From: Vicugna vicugna
Taxonomy: Eukaryota
Length of the DNA: 64,000 bases
NCBI GenBank assembly: GCA_013265495.1
Contig: MU057711.1
Location: forward strand, 2,492,844 to 2,556,843
Reading direction: 5' to 3'
Positions 1 through 11,916 of this stretch are shown piece after piece. The translations under genes and the position numbers were made by a program. The notes under the pieces are model-generated. The model was given only the letters and a program-made list of their open reading frames with translations, did not search any database and was not told the origin of the DNA. The first letter of the stretch is position 1. Every line of letters starts with the position of its first letter.

Positions 1-285
1 AGAATTACAGCTACCCCAAGGCTGCCATATTGTGAGGAAGGCTGAGCCACATGGAGAGGTCACAAGTAGGCACTTGGGTCAATGGTCTCAGCTGATTCAT
101 CCCAGCCCAGGAGCCTGTGTGAATGCAGAAGCTTCTAGATAATTCCAGTCCTTAGCTGTTTGAGGCTTCAGACATCACAGAGCAGAGACAAGTCATCCCC
201 CCTGTACCCTGCCAAATTCCTAACCGGGCTGTTCTCTGCCAGTAACTTGGGGTGGTTTGTTATGTAGTGATAGATATTTGGAACA
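1..285 (+). mobile_element. MaLR LTR (MLT1G/H-like), cut by window edge
   Basis: Contains GAGCAGAGACAAGTCATCCCC and ends in the MLT1 terminus GGGGTGGTTTGTTATGTAGTGATAGATATTTGGAACA. Confidence 0.8.
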
Positions 286-1684
286 GAAGGATTATGGGAA
301 ATTTTTATTGTTTTAACTCTACTTTTCTAGAAACTTTAAAAAAAATTATGAGCCTATGTTTTTATGATTAAGAAAAGATATATTAGGAAATGTTTCTTGA
401 GTGAATAAAGAGGAAATAAAGAAAGAAAAAATGAATTAAAGAGAAGAAGAGAGAGAGGGAGGGAAAAAGGAGAGAGGGAACCATTTTTGTGGGAAGGCCC
501 TGACTCCATCCCTTTCAGGAATCACAGAGCTCAGACAAGCCGCCCCTGGATGTTTCTTTCCTCCATGACTCATTCCATCGAACCATTCCGCCCTTGGACC
601 ATGACTGAAGGGCCCAGCAATAACTGACTATGAGTCAGACAGCTGGCTGTGTGTCTTCGTGCAACTCACTCAACCTCTCTGAGCAAATTTCCTTACCTGC
701 CAGGTGAGGCGCATGCAAATACTTGGACAGGGCTGGAGTGTGGAAGAAGCAGGATTCAAACCCAGGGCTGTCTAGCTCCTGCCAGGGCAGTTCCTCTGTC
801 TCCATTAAGGGGGTCTAGAAAAAGGCCTTGGAAGATATCAGAAGGGAGCTGCTCCCAGCCTGGGGACCCTCTGCGTAGGCTGCCAAAGGGCAGGGGCCAA
901 GGTGCCAGGCACAGAGCGGGGAGGCTGGGGGCCCCAGTGGAGACTGGGGCGCTCAGTCCCTCCAGGAAGCCAAGCGATCCCTCCCATAAACCTTTCACCC
1001 CTGCATTCTCTGAATGAAGCCATTCAGAGGAGGAAACCCGACCGGCCCATGTTTTATGCATGGTCCGGCCATGCCAGCAGCAGCAGGTCTCCTGGGGAGG
1101 TATTATTTTTAGCCAGAGCATGTGAGTGAGCTGGGAGCTTGAAAGAAGCAGGCTGGTCACCCACCTGTCCATTCCCCTCACCCCAGGACCCCCTCCCTAG
1201 CTGGGTGGTCATAGGCAATGCTAACGCAATCCGTGCCCAGCACAGGGGGCACTGGCCTAAGCCAAGACTCCCCTGAGGGTGAGGCTGGGGTCTCATCACT
1301 CCAGGCTGTTGTGCAGCCAACTAAAGCAGCTGGTCATCTCCAACACCTGTGTGGCCACCTTCCACCGGGAGTTCCCTCCCTCCCTTCCCAGATGTCGGCT
1401 CTGGGAAGGCTAAACCCAAGGGATGGGGACAAGCACGTTTCTGAGAATCTGTGTGAGAGGATGTAACCTTTGTCAGCCTTTTGAACTTCCTCTGTGGCTG
1501 CAAAACAATCTGGCTGCTGGGGGTGCCCAGCTTTCATCACCCCAAGCTTCCTCCTGGGCAGTGTCCCCAGCAGTGTCCATTTCAGGGTAGATTGTCAGTG
1601 AATCCTAGGTAATTAACATCTTTTCCTGTCAAATTTCCATGTTCCCACCCCACCTTGCTTTCAACTAAGTTTCAGCTGCAGCGT

Positions 1685-1965
1685 GGTTAGCATTTACTGA
1701 GTGCTTACTCTTTGCTAAGTATTTCTGTGCACATCATCTTTTTATTATTTTAAGTTTTACTTATTTATTTTGATGGAGGTACTAGGGATTGAACCTAGGA
1801 CTTCGTATATGCTAAGCATGAGCTCTACCACTGATCTCTACCCGGACACCATATCATCTTTTTAAATCCACACAACCCTTTAGGGATGGGTACTGTTATG
1901 GACCTCACTTTTGTTATGGGGAAATTGAGGCTCTGAGAGGAGAGTGACTTGCTCCACTCAAGCCT
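1685..1965 (-). mobile_element. MIR SINE split by a younger SINE
   Basis: CATTTACTGAGTGCTTAC on the left and GGGAAATTGAGGCTCTGAGAGG...GACTTGC on the right become continuous MIR once 1745-1852 is removed. Confidence 0.65.
1745..1852 (-). mobile_element. tRNA-derived SINE, camelid vic-1 type
   Basis: Reverse complement reads GGGTAGAGATCAGTGGTAGAGCTCATGCTTAGCATATACGAAGTCCTAGGTTCAATCCCTAGTACCTCC plus A-rich tail. 12-bp TSD ATCATCTTTTTA at 1733-1744 and 1853-1864. Confidence 0.85.
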
Positions 1966-2104
1966 GCCTGAAACAAAGGAGCACGCTCTGCTCATTTTTG
2001 AGTCCTGACCTGGTAGCTTCTTTAGGTTAAGTGCCAAACCCCACAGCTAGGAGGTGTTTTTCCTGTACTCTTTCCTTTTGATGAATAATCAGAAGCTACA
2101 AAAT

Positions 2105-2250
2105 GTGGAAATGGGAGGAACCATGGAGATCACCTCTTTTAAGCTATTCATTTCTCAGATGGAGAAACTGAAGCCCAGACAGAGGAGGGCACTTACTCAA
2201 GGTCACCTGGTGCCTGGGGGGCAGCCCCCAGGGCACTGACTCTATTCCAG
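2105..2250 (-). mobile_element. MIR/MIR3 SINE fragment
   Basis: Core CAGATGGAGAAACTGAAGCCCAGA...ACTTACTCAAGGTCAC. Confidence 0.7.
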
Positions 2251-2566
2251 GGCTCCCTTGTTCTAGCTCATGATATTCCATTATCTTATCTCCAGGGACA
2301 TCCATCTGCCTATTTGTCAACAGGACCAGTCATTCAAGCTCCACTCATAAGCTCTCATGGATACGAAGGTGCTTAGTAATCAGATGGACCTGATTCCTCA
2401 CTGCCGGTCATGTGAGCCCTCTTTTCCATTTGGCAGATTGGTTACAGGCCAGCTTATGGGGGCATCAAGCTGAGTGGGAGGCAGGGCCTTCGTTGAAATG
2501 TCTCACACTTAGGTTCCAGCTCAGAGCAGTTGCTGAATTATCTCTGCACAGATGACCAAGGTCCAT

Positions 2567-2990
2567 ACCAGTCAGAAATCTTTCCGGGTCTTTCAACAAG
2601 AGAGAATTCAATAGAGGGAGTTGATGGATAGAGGGACATAAGAGATGTAAGAGCTGAGAAGCTAAACAGAGAAAGATAAGAAAGCCAGGAGTCCAGCAAC
2701 AGCAGGAAGCTACTGCCACCCTAGGGTTGGAGGCAGAGAGAGGAGGCGGGGTTATCAGGGCCTGGGAGCTGGGGCAGGAGCTAGAATCTGGGCAGGGGCT
2801 ATCTGGTGGCAGGGGATCAGAGGCCCAGCACAGTCTCCATTGGAGACACCATAGGAAGCACAGAGATGGGGGAAGAGGGAAGAAATACCTTGGCTTTTCC
2901 CTCCTCTCACTCTCTGCAGTGCCTCCCACTGGCCAAACCAACCCAGAAATCAGGTGGCAAAGGAGTCTGGGAAATGTAGTTCCTGTGATA
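2567..2990 (-). mobile_element. ERVL solo LTR (LTR33-like)
   Basis: CAGCAACAGCAGGAAGCTACTGCCACCCTAGG and CCTCCCACTGGCCAAACCAACCCAGAA...CTGGGAAATGTAGTTCC resemble antisense LTR33. Confidence 0.6.
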
Positions 2991-3639
2991 TGGAGCACGA
3001 ATGGGATCTGGGATCCACAGGCTCAAGGTCATCAGTATCACTGAGGACACAGCATTGATGTAGCAGCAAACACTGCTTACATGCTCACCAGGTGCTTACA
3101 TGCAGTAACTCCTCTTCACCCCACAATAAGCCTTTTACAGACAAGGAAGCATGGGCAGAGGGTAATGAAGTGTCTCAGCCAGGCAGTGGGGGAACAGGCT
3201 CTAGCCTTGGCCTTGTGCTCAGACTCCGCGCCCCACCCCTTGCTATAGATGCCCCCCAGGGCTGGTCTCTAGCCGTGCACAGGGCTCTGGGTTGAGTGGT
3301 ACCTCCCTCAGTATGGGGTGGTTGTTAAGTGGATCATTTCTCCATCTTACAGCTGAGGAAATGGAGGTGCTGAGAGGTCACGGGACACCCCCTTGACCCT
3401 CGCCCAGGCTCGAGCACCTAGCTCTTTGGTGTCAGTGCTGGGAGCTTGAACTCATTTCTCCGGGCCCCACAGCGCATGCCCTTAACTCTGGGGCTTGTTG
3501 AGGAGAACAGTCCTGGGACCCCTGCCTGTATCCTGGGGGCTCCCTGGAACCCTGCCTCGTGGTCACCATCTGGCTTCCCCTACGGCCCTCTCTAGCTCAT
3601 TAACTCTGCCCGGATGGCCAGGCTGGTGCGGCTCAGGCA

Positions 3640-3870
3640 TGACCCGCACGCCCAATTAGAGGAATTCAAAACGCCGTTTATTTATCAATGACTTAAGCTC
3701 ATTTGATCATGAAGGATGGAGCCCAAACTATTCTCTGAAGCCACTGTTGTCCCTCAGCTGTGCCAAATCCGCCTTTGATCTGCTAATCCTGAGTTTATAA
3801 GGTTAGGAGATAAGCGGGCGGAACGAAATTCTTTTCTCTTTTGGTCCACCTAAGCGGCCATGAAACCCCC
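3640..3870. promoter_or_regulatory. Candidate enhancer (repeat-free, motif-dense)
   Basis: TCF/LEF CCTTTGATC 3772-3780, TAATCC 3784-3789, AGATAA 3808-3813, CAATTA and CAGCTG; several CpGs retained. Confidence 0.35.
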
Positions 3871-4344
3871 AGACATCACAGACCTCCTGGGCCCCTGCGG
3901 CCTCCTCGCCTGGATAACTTGGATGGTGTGTGAAGGGGCCCCCGCATCCTGGTCCACACAGGCCATCGGGGGGGGGGGCGGGGGAGGGCAGAGGCTGGCA
4001 CTCCTCACCGGATCTGCCTGCTTCTTCTCCAGCCTGTTCCTCTCCCTCCTCATCCCTCATGCACCAGCCTCTTCATGCTGACCTCAGCTTCAGAAAACCA
4101 GGAAGCCAATCCAGCCGGTATCCTGGCCTAACTGCTGGGACCTGCTCCTCCTTTCGTCCCATCCTCAAACCTGCCTTTCCATCTGGAGCTGTACTGCCTT
4201 CACCCTGCGAGATGATAGGGATCCTGTCCCTAGTAGACGGACTCACTTCAGGCCAAGGGAGCCCAGCCCATGTTTATTGTGCTCTTGCAGGAGAAAGACC
4301 CCAGGAAGCGTTTATAACTCAATGTGTTGAAGAGCAGGAGAGAT

Positions 4345-4550
4345 CTGCAGTCGGACAGTTAGGGTGTAAATCCCAGCTCTGGTCGGTGATGGGACCTTGG
4401 ACAGCCAGTTAACCTCTCTGAGACTCCAGTTCTTCATTCATAAAGTGGGGATAATGATGGTAACTACCCTCATTAATTTCATTCTCACTGTGAGGATCAA
4501 ATGAGGACACCTCCAGCCTGGTGCAGAATAATTGCTTAACAGAGGTCACC
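4345..4550 (+). mobile_element. MIR SINE
   Basis: AAATCCCAGCTCT...GACCTTGGACAG...TTAACCTCTCTGAG...GGGGATAATGATGG...TGTGAGGATCAAATGAG. Confidence 0.75.
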
Positions 4551-5000
4551 TGTTGTGATGATTTTTGTAATAATGAGGACAACTTGCATCTGTGCAGTGT
4601 CTCCCATCCGTCCCTTTGGTGGTGGGTCTGTGGTTGCTGTCTGCTCCCACAGACCCCAGAGACAATTTGGGAGGATCCTGCCATGTGGCTTAGGCCGGTG
4701 GAAGAGGGAGAGCTCCCGGAGGGGGGACTTCATTCCATGTGGTCAAAGCTCTGGGACATTGACCAGGTGCTCCTGCAAGAGCTATGACTGTCGCTAAAGC
4801 CACAGACTCACCAGGAAAGAGAGGTCAGCAGGTCAGAGGAGGCCAGGACCACTTTGAGGTGGACAGGGGCAGAAGCCTTATTGTTCACTGCGAGGCTGAT
4901 TGATCGAAAAGCTGGGCCTGGAAAGCAGGTGTCCTGACTTATTTAGTGTGGGATTCACTGATAATAAAATAATTATTAAGATAATAATAATTTTTATGTT

Positions 5001-5182
5001 ATTTTTTAATTGAAGTATAGTCAATACAGTTGTGTTAGTTTCTGGTGTGGTGCATCGTGATTCAGTTATACATGTATATTCCTTTTCATATTCTTTTTCA
5101 TTATAGGCCATTACAAGATACTGAATATAGTTCCCTGTGCTCTACAGTAGGACCTTGTTGTTTATCTATTTTACACACATAT
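5001..5182 (-). mobile_element. Young L1 3' UTR fragment (cetartiodactyl type)
   Basis: TTTTTTAATTGAAGTATAGTC...TTCCCTGTGCTCTACAGTAGGACCTTGTTGTTTATCTATTTT; near reverse complement of the 3' end of the L1 at 40457-41193. Confidence 0.9.
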
Positions 5183-6289
5183 AATTGTTTACAACTGCAA
5201 ATTCCAAAGTTTGTAATAATTCACAAAAGACTTTAGATGCAAAAAGCTTACAAGGGCAAAGGCAGGGGAAGGACCCAGGCAGGGGAAGGAAGAGCCACCT
5301 GCTTACCCTCCACTGGGGAGGGAGAGAGGTGAGTGAGGGCAGGAGCGCTGCCTGGGGAGTCTGGGAACTGTGTCTACCCTCTACTTCTGAATGGCTCCGA
5401 GTCCTTGGCCAAGTCCCCTCATGTGATATCTCCTGGCCTTGCACCTGCCTCTGTCTTTAAACCGTCAACTGTAAGCTCCTTCTGAGACTCTGCTTTATTC
5501 CTCCCCGTGTAACCCACATGACAGCAGAGGGCACCCCATTTATAAGACTTGCATAATGTAGACTCCAATCCAGATTCATATCTGGGAGTGGGGGTGGATG
5601 GGCAACCACGACCTCTTGAGATTCCTGCAAATTTCTAAGTACCCGTGCTTTCCACTTCTGGTTCTGACTCCCTGCTCCCCAACCTTTCTTCTCACTGGCC
5701 CCTCTCCCCTGTGACTCTTTCTTTTCTTGGTCCTGTGCTAGCCCCGAAGTGGACCCTAACTCTTTCCCCACATCCCCCAAAATGCCACTCACACAAGTTA
5801 TTCCTTTGCATGGCTGACTTTGCTGGTTGGCAGCTTCAAGAGGAGGAAGGCTACCTTACAGGAGGTGGCAAGTTAAAATCAATATTAGTCATCCTTATCT
5901 GGAAAAGTCCCTTAGCTGTGGCCCCCATAGAATTTCTTCACTCTATGTGGGCTCCTGCCACACCAGCCCTTCTTCTTTTTCTCCAGCTCATCCCTGATCC
6001 CTTTCCAAACCTTTATGCAGAGCAACTGAGTTTATCATCGTCTTCTGTGCATGCATGCCAAGGTCCCAGCTTCACATGCAAAGTGCCCTGGCAAGATATG
6101 TTTCTAAGCAAAATTTTCTCTTTAAAACAGACTTTGGAAAAAACTGTTAAATAGCTTTTTTTCCCCCTTAACCCTTTTACCTGCACACCAGTATGTTACC
6201 CTCTCTAGGTCTGTCTTCCCTCATTTGTAAATGGGGTCACCATCTCTACCTTTCCATCTCACAAACTGTTTTTTCTAGATCAAAACGGA

Positions 6290-6900
6290 ATAATAAGCAA
6301 GGAAACAGAAGGGCCACACAAACGTTCAAATCCTCCTTCTAATAAATATTCCATGCTGATAAAAATGGTGCTGTAAAACTTTGCAAGAACTTTGGTTTCT
6401 TCGGTTTGGATCTCCGAGTAGGAAGTTTTTGACCTTGCTGACAAAATAGCTCTTTGCTCTCCCCACCGCTGAGACCTACCAAATGCAGGAAGGATGGCAT
6501 GGAAACTGAGGATCCCTGTTAGCCAGAGGATGCCCGCCTTCTTTCATTGGGTCCCTCTAGGGGGTGGGGTATGTTTCATTCCTTTTCTTTTTTTCTTACT
6601 ATATGCAAATCTTCCTCCTGGCTTCCCTCACAGCTTGATAAATGATTGGTTCTTGCTTTCAAGATCAAGAGCAAGGCATATATTTTTTTACTTATGCACG
6701 ATTCTGTGTGTAAGTTCTTGGGCACTGAGAGAAAACAATATAGTTCTCCTGCAGGAGGTAGACTGTGTAAATATATATTAGTTTGGGGAGAAGGAATGAG
6801 GAATGATAAAATATTCAGAAAGCGGTCTGTTCTTGAGGGATGTTATTCCACACAGCCAGGGAGCAGATTAATGACACCGTTTGTGAGGGAGGGAGAAGGG
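6290..6900. promoter_or_regulatory. Weak candidate regulatory block
   Basis: AT-richer, no recognisable repeat; octamer ATGCAAAT 6603-6610, TGATAAATGATTGG near 6637-6649, GATTAATGACA near 6865. Confidence 0.25.
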
Positions 6901-7099
6901 CCCCATAAAATATGTATTAGTGGGGTTGGTGGTGGGATGGGCAGGAGTGCTGGAGGTTGGCCGTGCGGGCCCCAGCCTCAGAATCTGGTACCCACCCTTA
7001 GTCTCCTCCACCAGAGCTCCCAATCCCTGGTTCTGGGGCCCTGGAGGAGGAAAGCTCCCAGCCAGGTGTAGGGCATTGAATGTGTCCTTTGGTAGGAGT

Positions 7100-7215
7100 C
7101 CTGGGTGGAGAGTGAAGAAGCCTAGCCTGCCTCTAACCTACTGTGGGGCCTTAGACAAATTATTAACCTGTCTGGATCTTTGTTTCCTCTATCATAAAAT
7201 GAAGACTAGATGATT
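7100..7215 (+). mobile_element. MIR fragment
   Basis: CTGTGGGGCCTTAGACAAATTATTAACCTGTCTGGATCTTTGTTTCCTCTATCATAAAATG. Confidence 0.6.
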
Positions 7216-8029
7216 CCTAACAGGGCTTGCTGAAGTGGCAGAGGGTAGGGAGGGGAGTCACTGGAAATGAAGCAAGATGGGAGAAGCTGCATTTGGTAAG
7301 CCCCACTATCTGGGAGTTTACTGAATATACGTGAAAGAAATTCTCTGATAAGCCAGTGGGGGGTGGGAGTAAGACCCCGTAAGGAGCAGGCTTGAGTAAC
7401 AAGTGATAGTCCCCAAATTGCCCTCTAAGCCGAACAGTCCTGTTAACTTTAGGGTTTTGTCTGACTGAATAGGGGTGCAAGTTCAGGGCCAGAGCTGAAT
7501 TGCTTGGAGGGATGGCAGAGGCAGTGCTGCTTCTCTGCTAAGTCAAGAGCAGACAAATATTTACATTCTGTTGGCCTGCCTGAGGGGCCCGCGCCTCCTG
7601 GTCTGGTCCTGATCCCTTAGGTTACTTCTGTTTCAGACAGTGCATGATTCTTTGTTCCCTCCCTAGCCACCATCAATCCAACCCTTTCCCTAAGCCCAAC
7701 TCTGCAGAATTGAGCTTTTATTCCAGAGGGTGGTCTCTTGCTGCTCCCTCAGCTTTTACGTGGTAACAGTAAAAAGTTTGTACAACACTCCCTGTGTGCT
7801 GGGGACATGGGAAGCAGTTACAAAGCTGGGTGGACCTGTAGGGAGCACAGCAGCCTGCCTTCTCCCCACAGGTATAACAGAGGTGTCTGAGGCTCAGTTC
7901 CAAATTGCCCCCCCCACCCCTGCTCCCAATGCTTCTCTTCAGGCAGACCCTGTGGCAACATCTGTGGCTCTTTCTGGGTGTGTCCTCTGGCCGCTGAGAT
8001 TTCCCCCATGAAAGTGAGGGGGAGTCAAC

Positions 8030-8290
8030 ATCTCTGGGCTCAGATTTCAGCCAATGAGTGACAGTTGTCTCGCCCATTTGGTGGGACTCCTGGGGAGTTG
8101 TCCCTGCAGTCCCCAGGGGGAGTGGGCTCGGCTGCCACAGTGGTGACCTGCTCATTATGCCGCTGATCACTTCCTCCCCCTCTGTCTCCCATCCCCCCAC
8201 CCTCACTGGGACTTCCTAGGATGCTCAGATGAACCCCCTGTTTCAAATCCTGGTCTCAGGGTCTGCTTCTGTGAAGTCCTGCCTAAGACA
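8030..8290 (+). mobile_element. ERVL solo LTR (LTR16-like)
   Basis: Ends in CAAATCCTGGTCTCAGGGTCTGCTTCTG...CCTAAGACA, the LTR16 3' terminus. Confidence 0.7.
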
Positions 8291-9574
8291 ATAGATGTAA
8301 CAGAATGAAAAAAATTACAAGATGAGGGGTTTAATCCACAGGAACTATTCCCTCACAGTCCCAAAGCAAGAGGGCTCTGTCGTATTTCCCAGTCCTGGGT
8401 CACTGGTGAATCTAGCCAACTCCACCTGGGCACATAACTTATTTTTTTAATAAAAAAATGTGATTTCTCCTCTTGATAAATCACTTGCAATTTTCCCACT
8501 GTAAAACAGAACTGTGGCTTGGGACTCACAGTTTACTAGCTGATTCCACATGCCTTGGACAGTTTTTGATCTGATTTTGACTGTCACAGTATCTATATTG
8601 GGAAGCGGAAAGTGTTCCTCTGATGCTATATGTGCTCATGCCCGCCTCCCACCGGCCCCAGCCCATATCAAGCTGTCCCCCTCCCATGTCACCACCCATC
8701 CCAAGCCTAGAAAAGGGCTGGCCCTATCTGGGGAGGGTGACTGTCTCAGGTTGGGCCAGCTCAAGGTGACTGAGGGTCGGGGGTAATGAAAACTCCAGGG
8801 AGGCCTTAAAGGGTTGGCTGATAGGTCTTTCCCAGATGAGACCCCTGGCAGATCTAAGACTTTGCATGGGACGTGTGTGCTGGCACACACTTGAATGTTT
8901 GGAGAATCTTGTAGGAGAGAGGTGGGAAGAGTCTCAAGATGCTCCAGGGGCCTGGATTGGGAGGAGAGAAGGCTGTGGAGATGGTTGACCCCAGGGCCTC
9001 TAGAAGCTACTGGATAGATGGCAGGAGCCAGGCTGGAGAGACCAAGTGGGTGCCCCCTAGAGGTACCAAGTCATGGTTACTTCCTCTGGGAGACTTGGGG
9101 GCAGGTAACACTGAGCAGATGAGCAGGCAAGAAGCTGGAAAGGTCCCAGGGCTCCCTCTGATATTGTGGCTGCCCACTAGAGTGGTTGGCCAGTGTTGGT
9201 CAGGTGTACCTGTGCGCACTGTTTAAAGTGGGGGAGGGATGACTTGAGCAGGTGCAGATCCAAAGGCTGTGGTAAAAGGGAGAGCTTTGTTTTTTTGTTT
9301 TTTTTTTTGAAGTGGGAACCCCCTGAGAGCTTGTACAGACATCCCATCCTGCCAGAGAAGGGAGGCTCTCTTGGGTTCATTGTAAAGTGCCTGCTGCATC
9401 AGTAAAGCTTCTGGCTTATGAGCATAAAAAAATAAAGTCTCGGCGTCCCCTCCCCCAACCATATATCTGCAGCCACCTTGGGCTCCTGTGTTGAGGGATG
9501 AGGTCAGGAGGTTGTTACCTGCTGGATACCTGCCAGCAACTTCTATTGTGGCTATGACAGAATCATGTGATACC

Positions 9575-9900
9575 CCTGTAAGTCTGGTTGTCGGCAGTTT
9601 TTCTGGAAGGCAATCCCGGGAAACATCAGCAAAGGGGCAGGATAGTGAGATGAGAGAGGGAAGGCAGCCCTGAGGAGCCCTGGGAGCCAATGTAGACCAT
9701 GCACCGCTGAGAAACCCTACCTCCCCAAGCATGAGGAGCTGGGGTATTTATACTGCAATTCCCCTCTGCCAGAGCTTGAGTGGGTGGTGTTAATTTTCCA
9801 GCACTGCTGTCCTGTGGGTGGAGTGGACGTGTGGGACTCTGGCCATCAGAAAAAACCTTCAGGCAAAGAGATGTGGGTGCTGGTGGTCAGAAAGACCCAG
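9575..9900 (-). mobile_element. ERVL solo LTR (LTR16-like)
   Basis: GGGAAACATCAGCAAAGGGG...GAGGAGCTGGGGTATTTATAC...TTAATTTTCCAGCACT. Confidence 0.6.
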
Positions 9901-10958
9901 CATCATGGGCAGGGCAGGAACGGCATCATCTACGCTCCTGCCCCAAACCTCTCCACTGCTCCTCACAACTTAGCCCTGAACTTCGAGGCCCTGGCCACCT
10001 GGCATTTCCCACCTCACCAGCCTTACTCTCACCCCACAAACCTTCTTCAGAGGGGGCCCCTGGGATTTCTGCCCTCACACATTACCTTCCCTCTGTGGAA
10101 TGCCCAACCTTATTCTCTCCATTTTCTGGACTCCTCCTCCTGCACGGATCCGCGCCTCCTCCTTCAGTGAACACTTCCGGCTCTAACTTCCCAGAGGCTT
10201 CTGGGAGTTTGACCATCGCTCGCTTTGTCCCAAGCAGGGTGGGTCTGGTTCCTGTTCTCTTTCCCAGCATGTAGCTTGTTTCCCCAAAGGGACAGCATGC
10301 TTGAGTCCTACGCAGCTTGGAGTCTCAGTGTCAGCAGCATTCAGTACATAGTAGGTGCTCAGTGAAAGCCTGTTTTTATCGCTGAGGACTACTTAAGGGT
10401 GATGGTGGTGAAGTGATGAGGTATCTCTCTGATGAGCAGGTCGCAGGGCTAGTTCCATAGCTCACTTGCTCTGTTTCTTCTAAATCTCTCTGAGTCTGTT
10501 CTCTGGTAGCAGAGACTTGTTAGCTCTTCTAAACAGTTTCCTTTTTCCTCCTGGGAATTCAGCTCGCCCACGCTTCCCCACCTCCTTGGTGGTTGGGAGC
10601 ACCCACAGGACTGAGTTCTGGTGATGGCATATGGACAGAAGTGATGTCCTCACCTCAAGCTTCTCCCTAAACCCTCCCGGGTGTGATTCATTCTCATCCA
10701 CCTGCCACTAAAGATGGAAGGAAACTGACCCCCATCACCATGGAAGGAGAGATGCCCAGGAGGGCGCCACCCACAGATGGCCCCATTGGACTACCCTGTG
10801 AGTAGGAAATACCCTTTTCTTGCAGTGAGCTGCTGAAGTTTTAGGATGATTTGAGCAGTTCATCCACCTGGACTACTGCAGAAATGTTTAAAATGAGAAT
10901 CATATTAATATCAATGAGCTGTCAGCAACATTAAAGATACAACCTGTTTAGAAGATGC

Positions 10959-11916
10959 TATATACAAGCCTACTAGGGCTGCCATTGAGGGGGGAAGCCC
11001 CATAAAAAAGACCAGCAGGACCCCCAGGCAGGGCCACTACTCTCCTGCCAGCACCATCCGGTTCCCTGGCGCAGCAACTCTATCTCACTTTTTGCCTCTG
11101 AAACGGCTTACTTCTAGGAAAGTGGAACTTACCCCTAAAATTCTATTGGTTCCCTAAGCAACTCCTGATTGGTCCATTTGTAGTACTTCATTTGCATGGA
11201 ACTCACTCCTGATGGTTATTTCTCTCACTGCTGATTGGTCCATTTCCCTCACTCCTGACTGGTTATTTCTCTCCCTCCTGATCTGTCCGTTTCTACAAAG
11301 CTTGTTCCTAATTAGTCAACTTTTGTTATACTGTATTTGCATATGATGTTGCAAAGTGTAAACTGGCAGCCTATAAAAGCCTATGTAAACGTACAGATGG
11401 GGTCCAGAGCTTGGAGTGTTAACTCCCCTGGGCCCTCTGGCATGATAAACCTGAGTTCTCCAACTCTCCGAGTGCTGCCTGGTGTCTCACCGGGATCTGA
11501 CTGCTGTCACAACTGAGCTGTAACACTGAGCTGTAACACACTTTCCTGCAACCCATAACAAAGGACTACAGACTGGGTGTTTAAACAGCAGAAGTGTATT
11601 CTTTCACAGTTGTGGAGGCTGGAAGTCTGAGATCAAGGTCTCAGCAGGGTTGGTTTCATCTGAGGCCTCGCTCCTCGGCTTGCAGACGGCCGCCTTCTCC
11701 CTGCGTTTTCACAAGTCTTCTCTCTGCATATGTTTCTGTCCAGATATCCTCTTCTTATAAGAACACTGTCAGATGGATTAGGGACCACCCTAATGATCTC
11801 GTTTTCACTTAATCACATCTTTAAAGGCCCTGCCTCCCAATACAGTCACATTCTGAGGTATCAGGGTTAAGACTTCAGCACACTAATTTAGCGGGGACAC
11901 CATTCAGCCTAAAGTA
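10959..11916 (-). mobile_element. MaLR LTR (MLT1A/B-like) split by an ERV1-type LTR
   Basis: CTAGGGCTGCCAT (to 10985) resumes as CCATAACAAAGGACTACAGACTGGGTGTTTAAACAGCAGAAG at 11553 and runs to CACCATTCAGCCTA. Confidence 0.9.
10986..11552 (+). mobile_element. ERV1-class solo LTR, younger than its host
   Basis: Starts TG; 4-bp TSD CCAT (10982-10985 and 11553-11556); CCAAT-box repeats, TATAAAA 11372-11378, variant poly(A) signal GATAAA 11444-11449, U5-like GAGCTGTAACAC duplicated. The 3' end reads GCAAC rather than a clean CA. Confidence 0.8.

Noticed and set aside
4521..4787. 88-aa ORF with acceptor-like CTGCTCCCACAG and donor-like CAG|GTGCTC
   Set aside because: It begins in a MIR, the donor is weak and the peptide is unrecognisable, so it cannot be supported as an exon without RNA data.
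11202..11294. Regular 22-24 bp repeats superficially like a CRISPR array
   Set aside because: No unique spacers and no cas genes; this is a tandem enhancer array inside a eukaryotic LTR.
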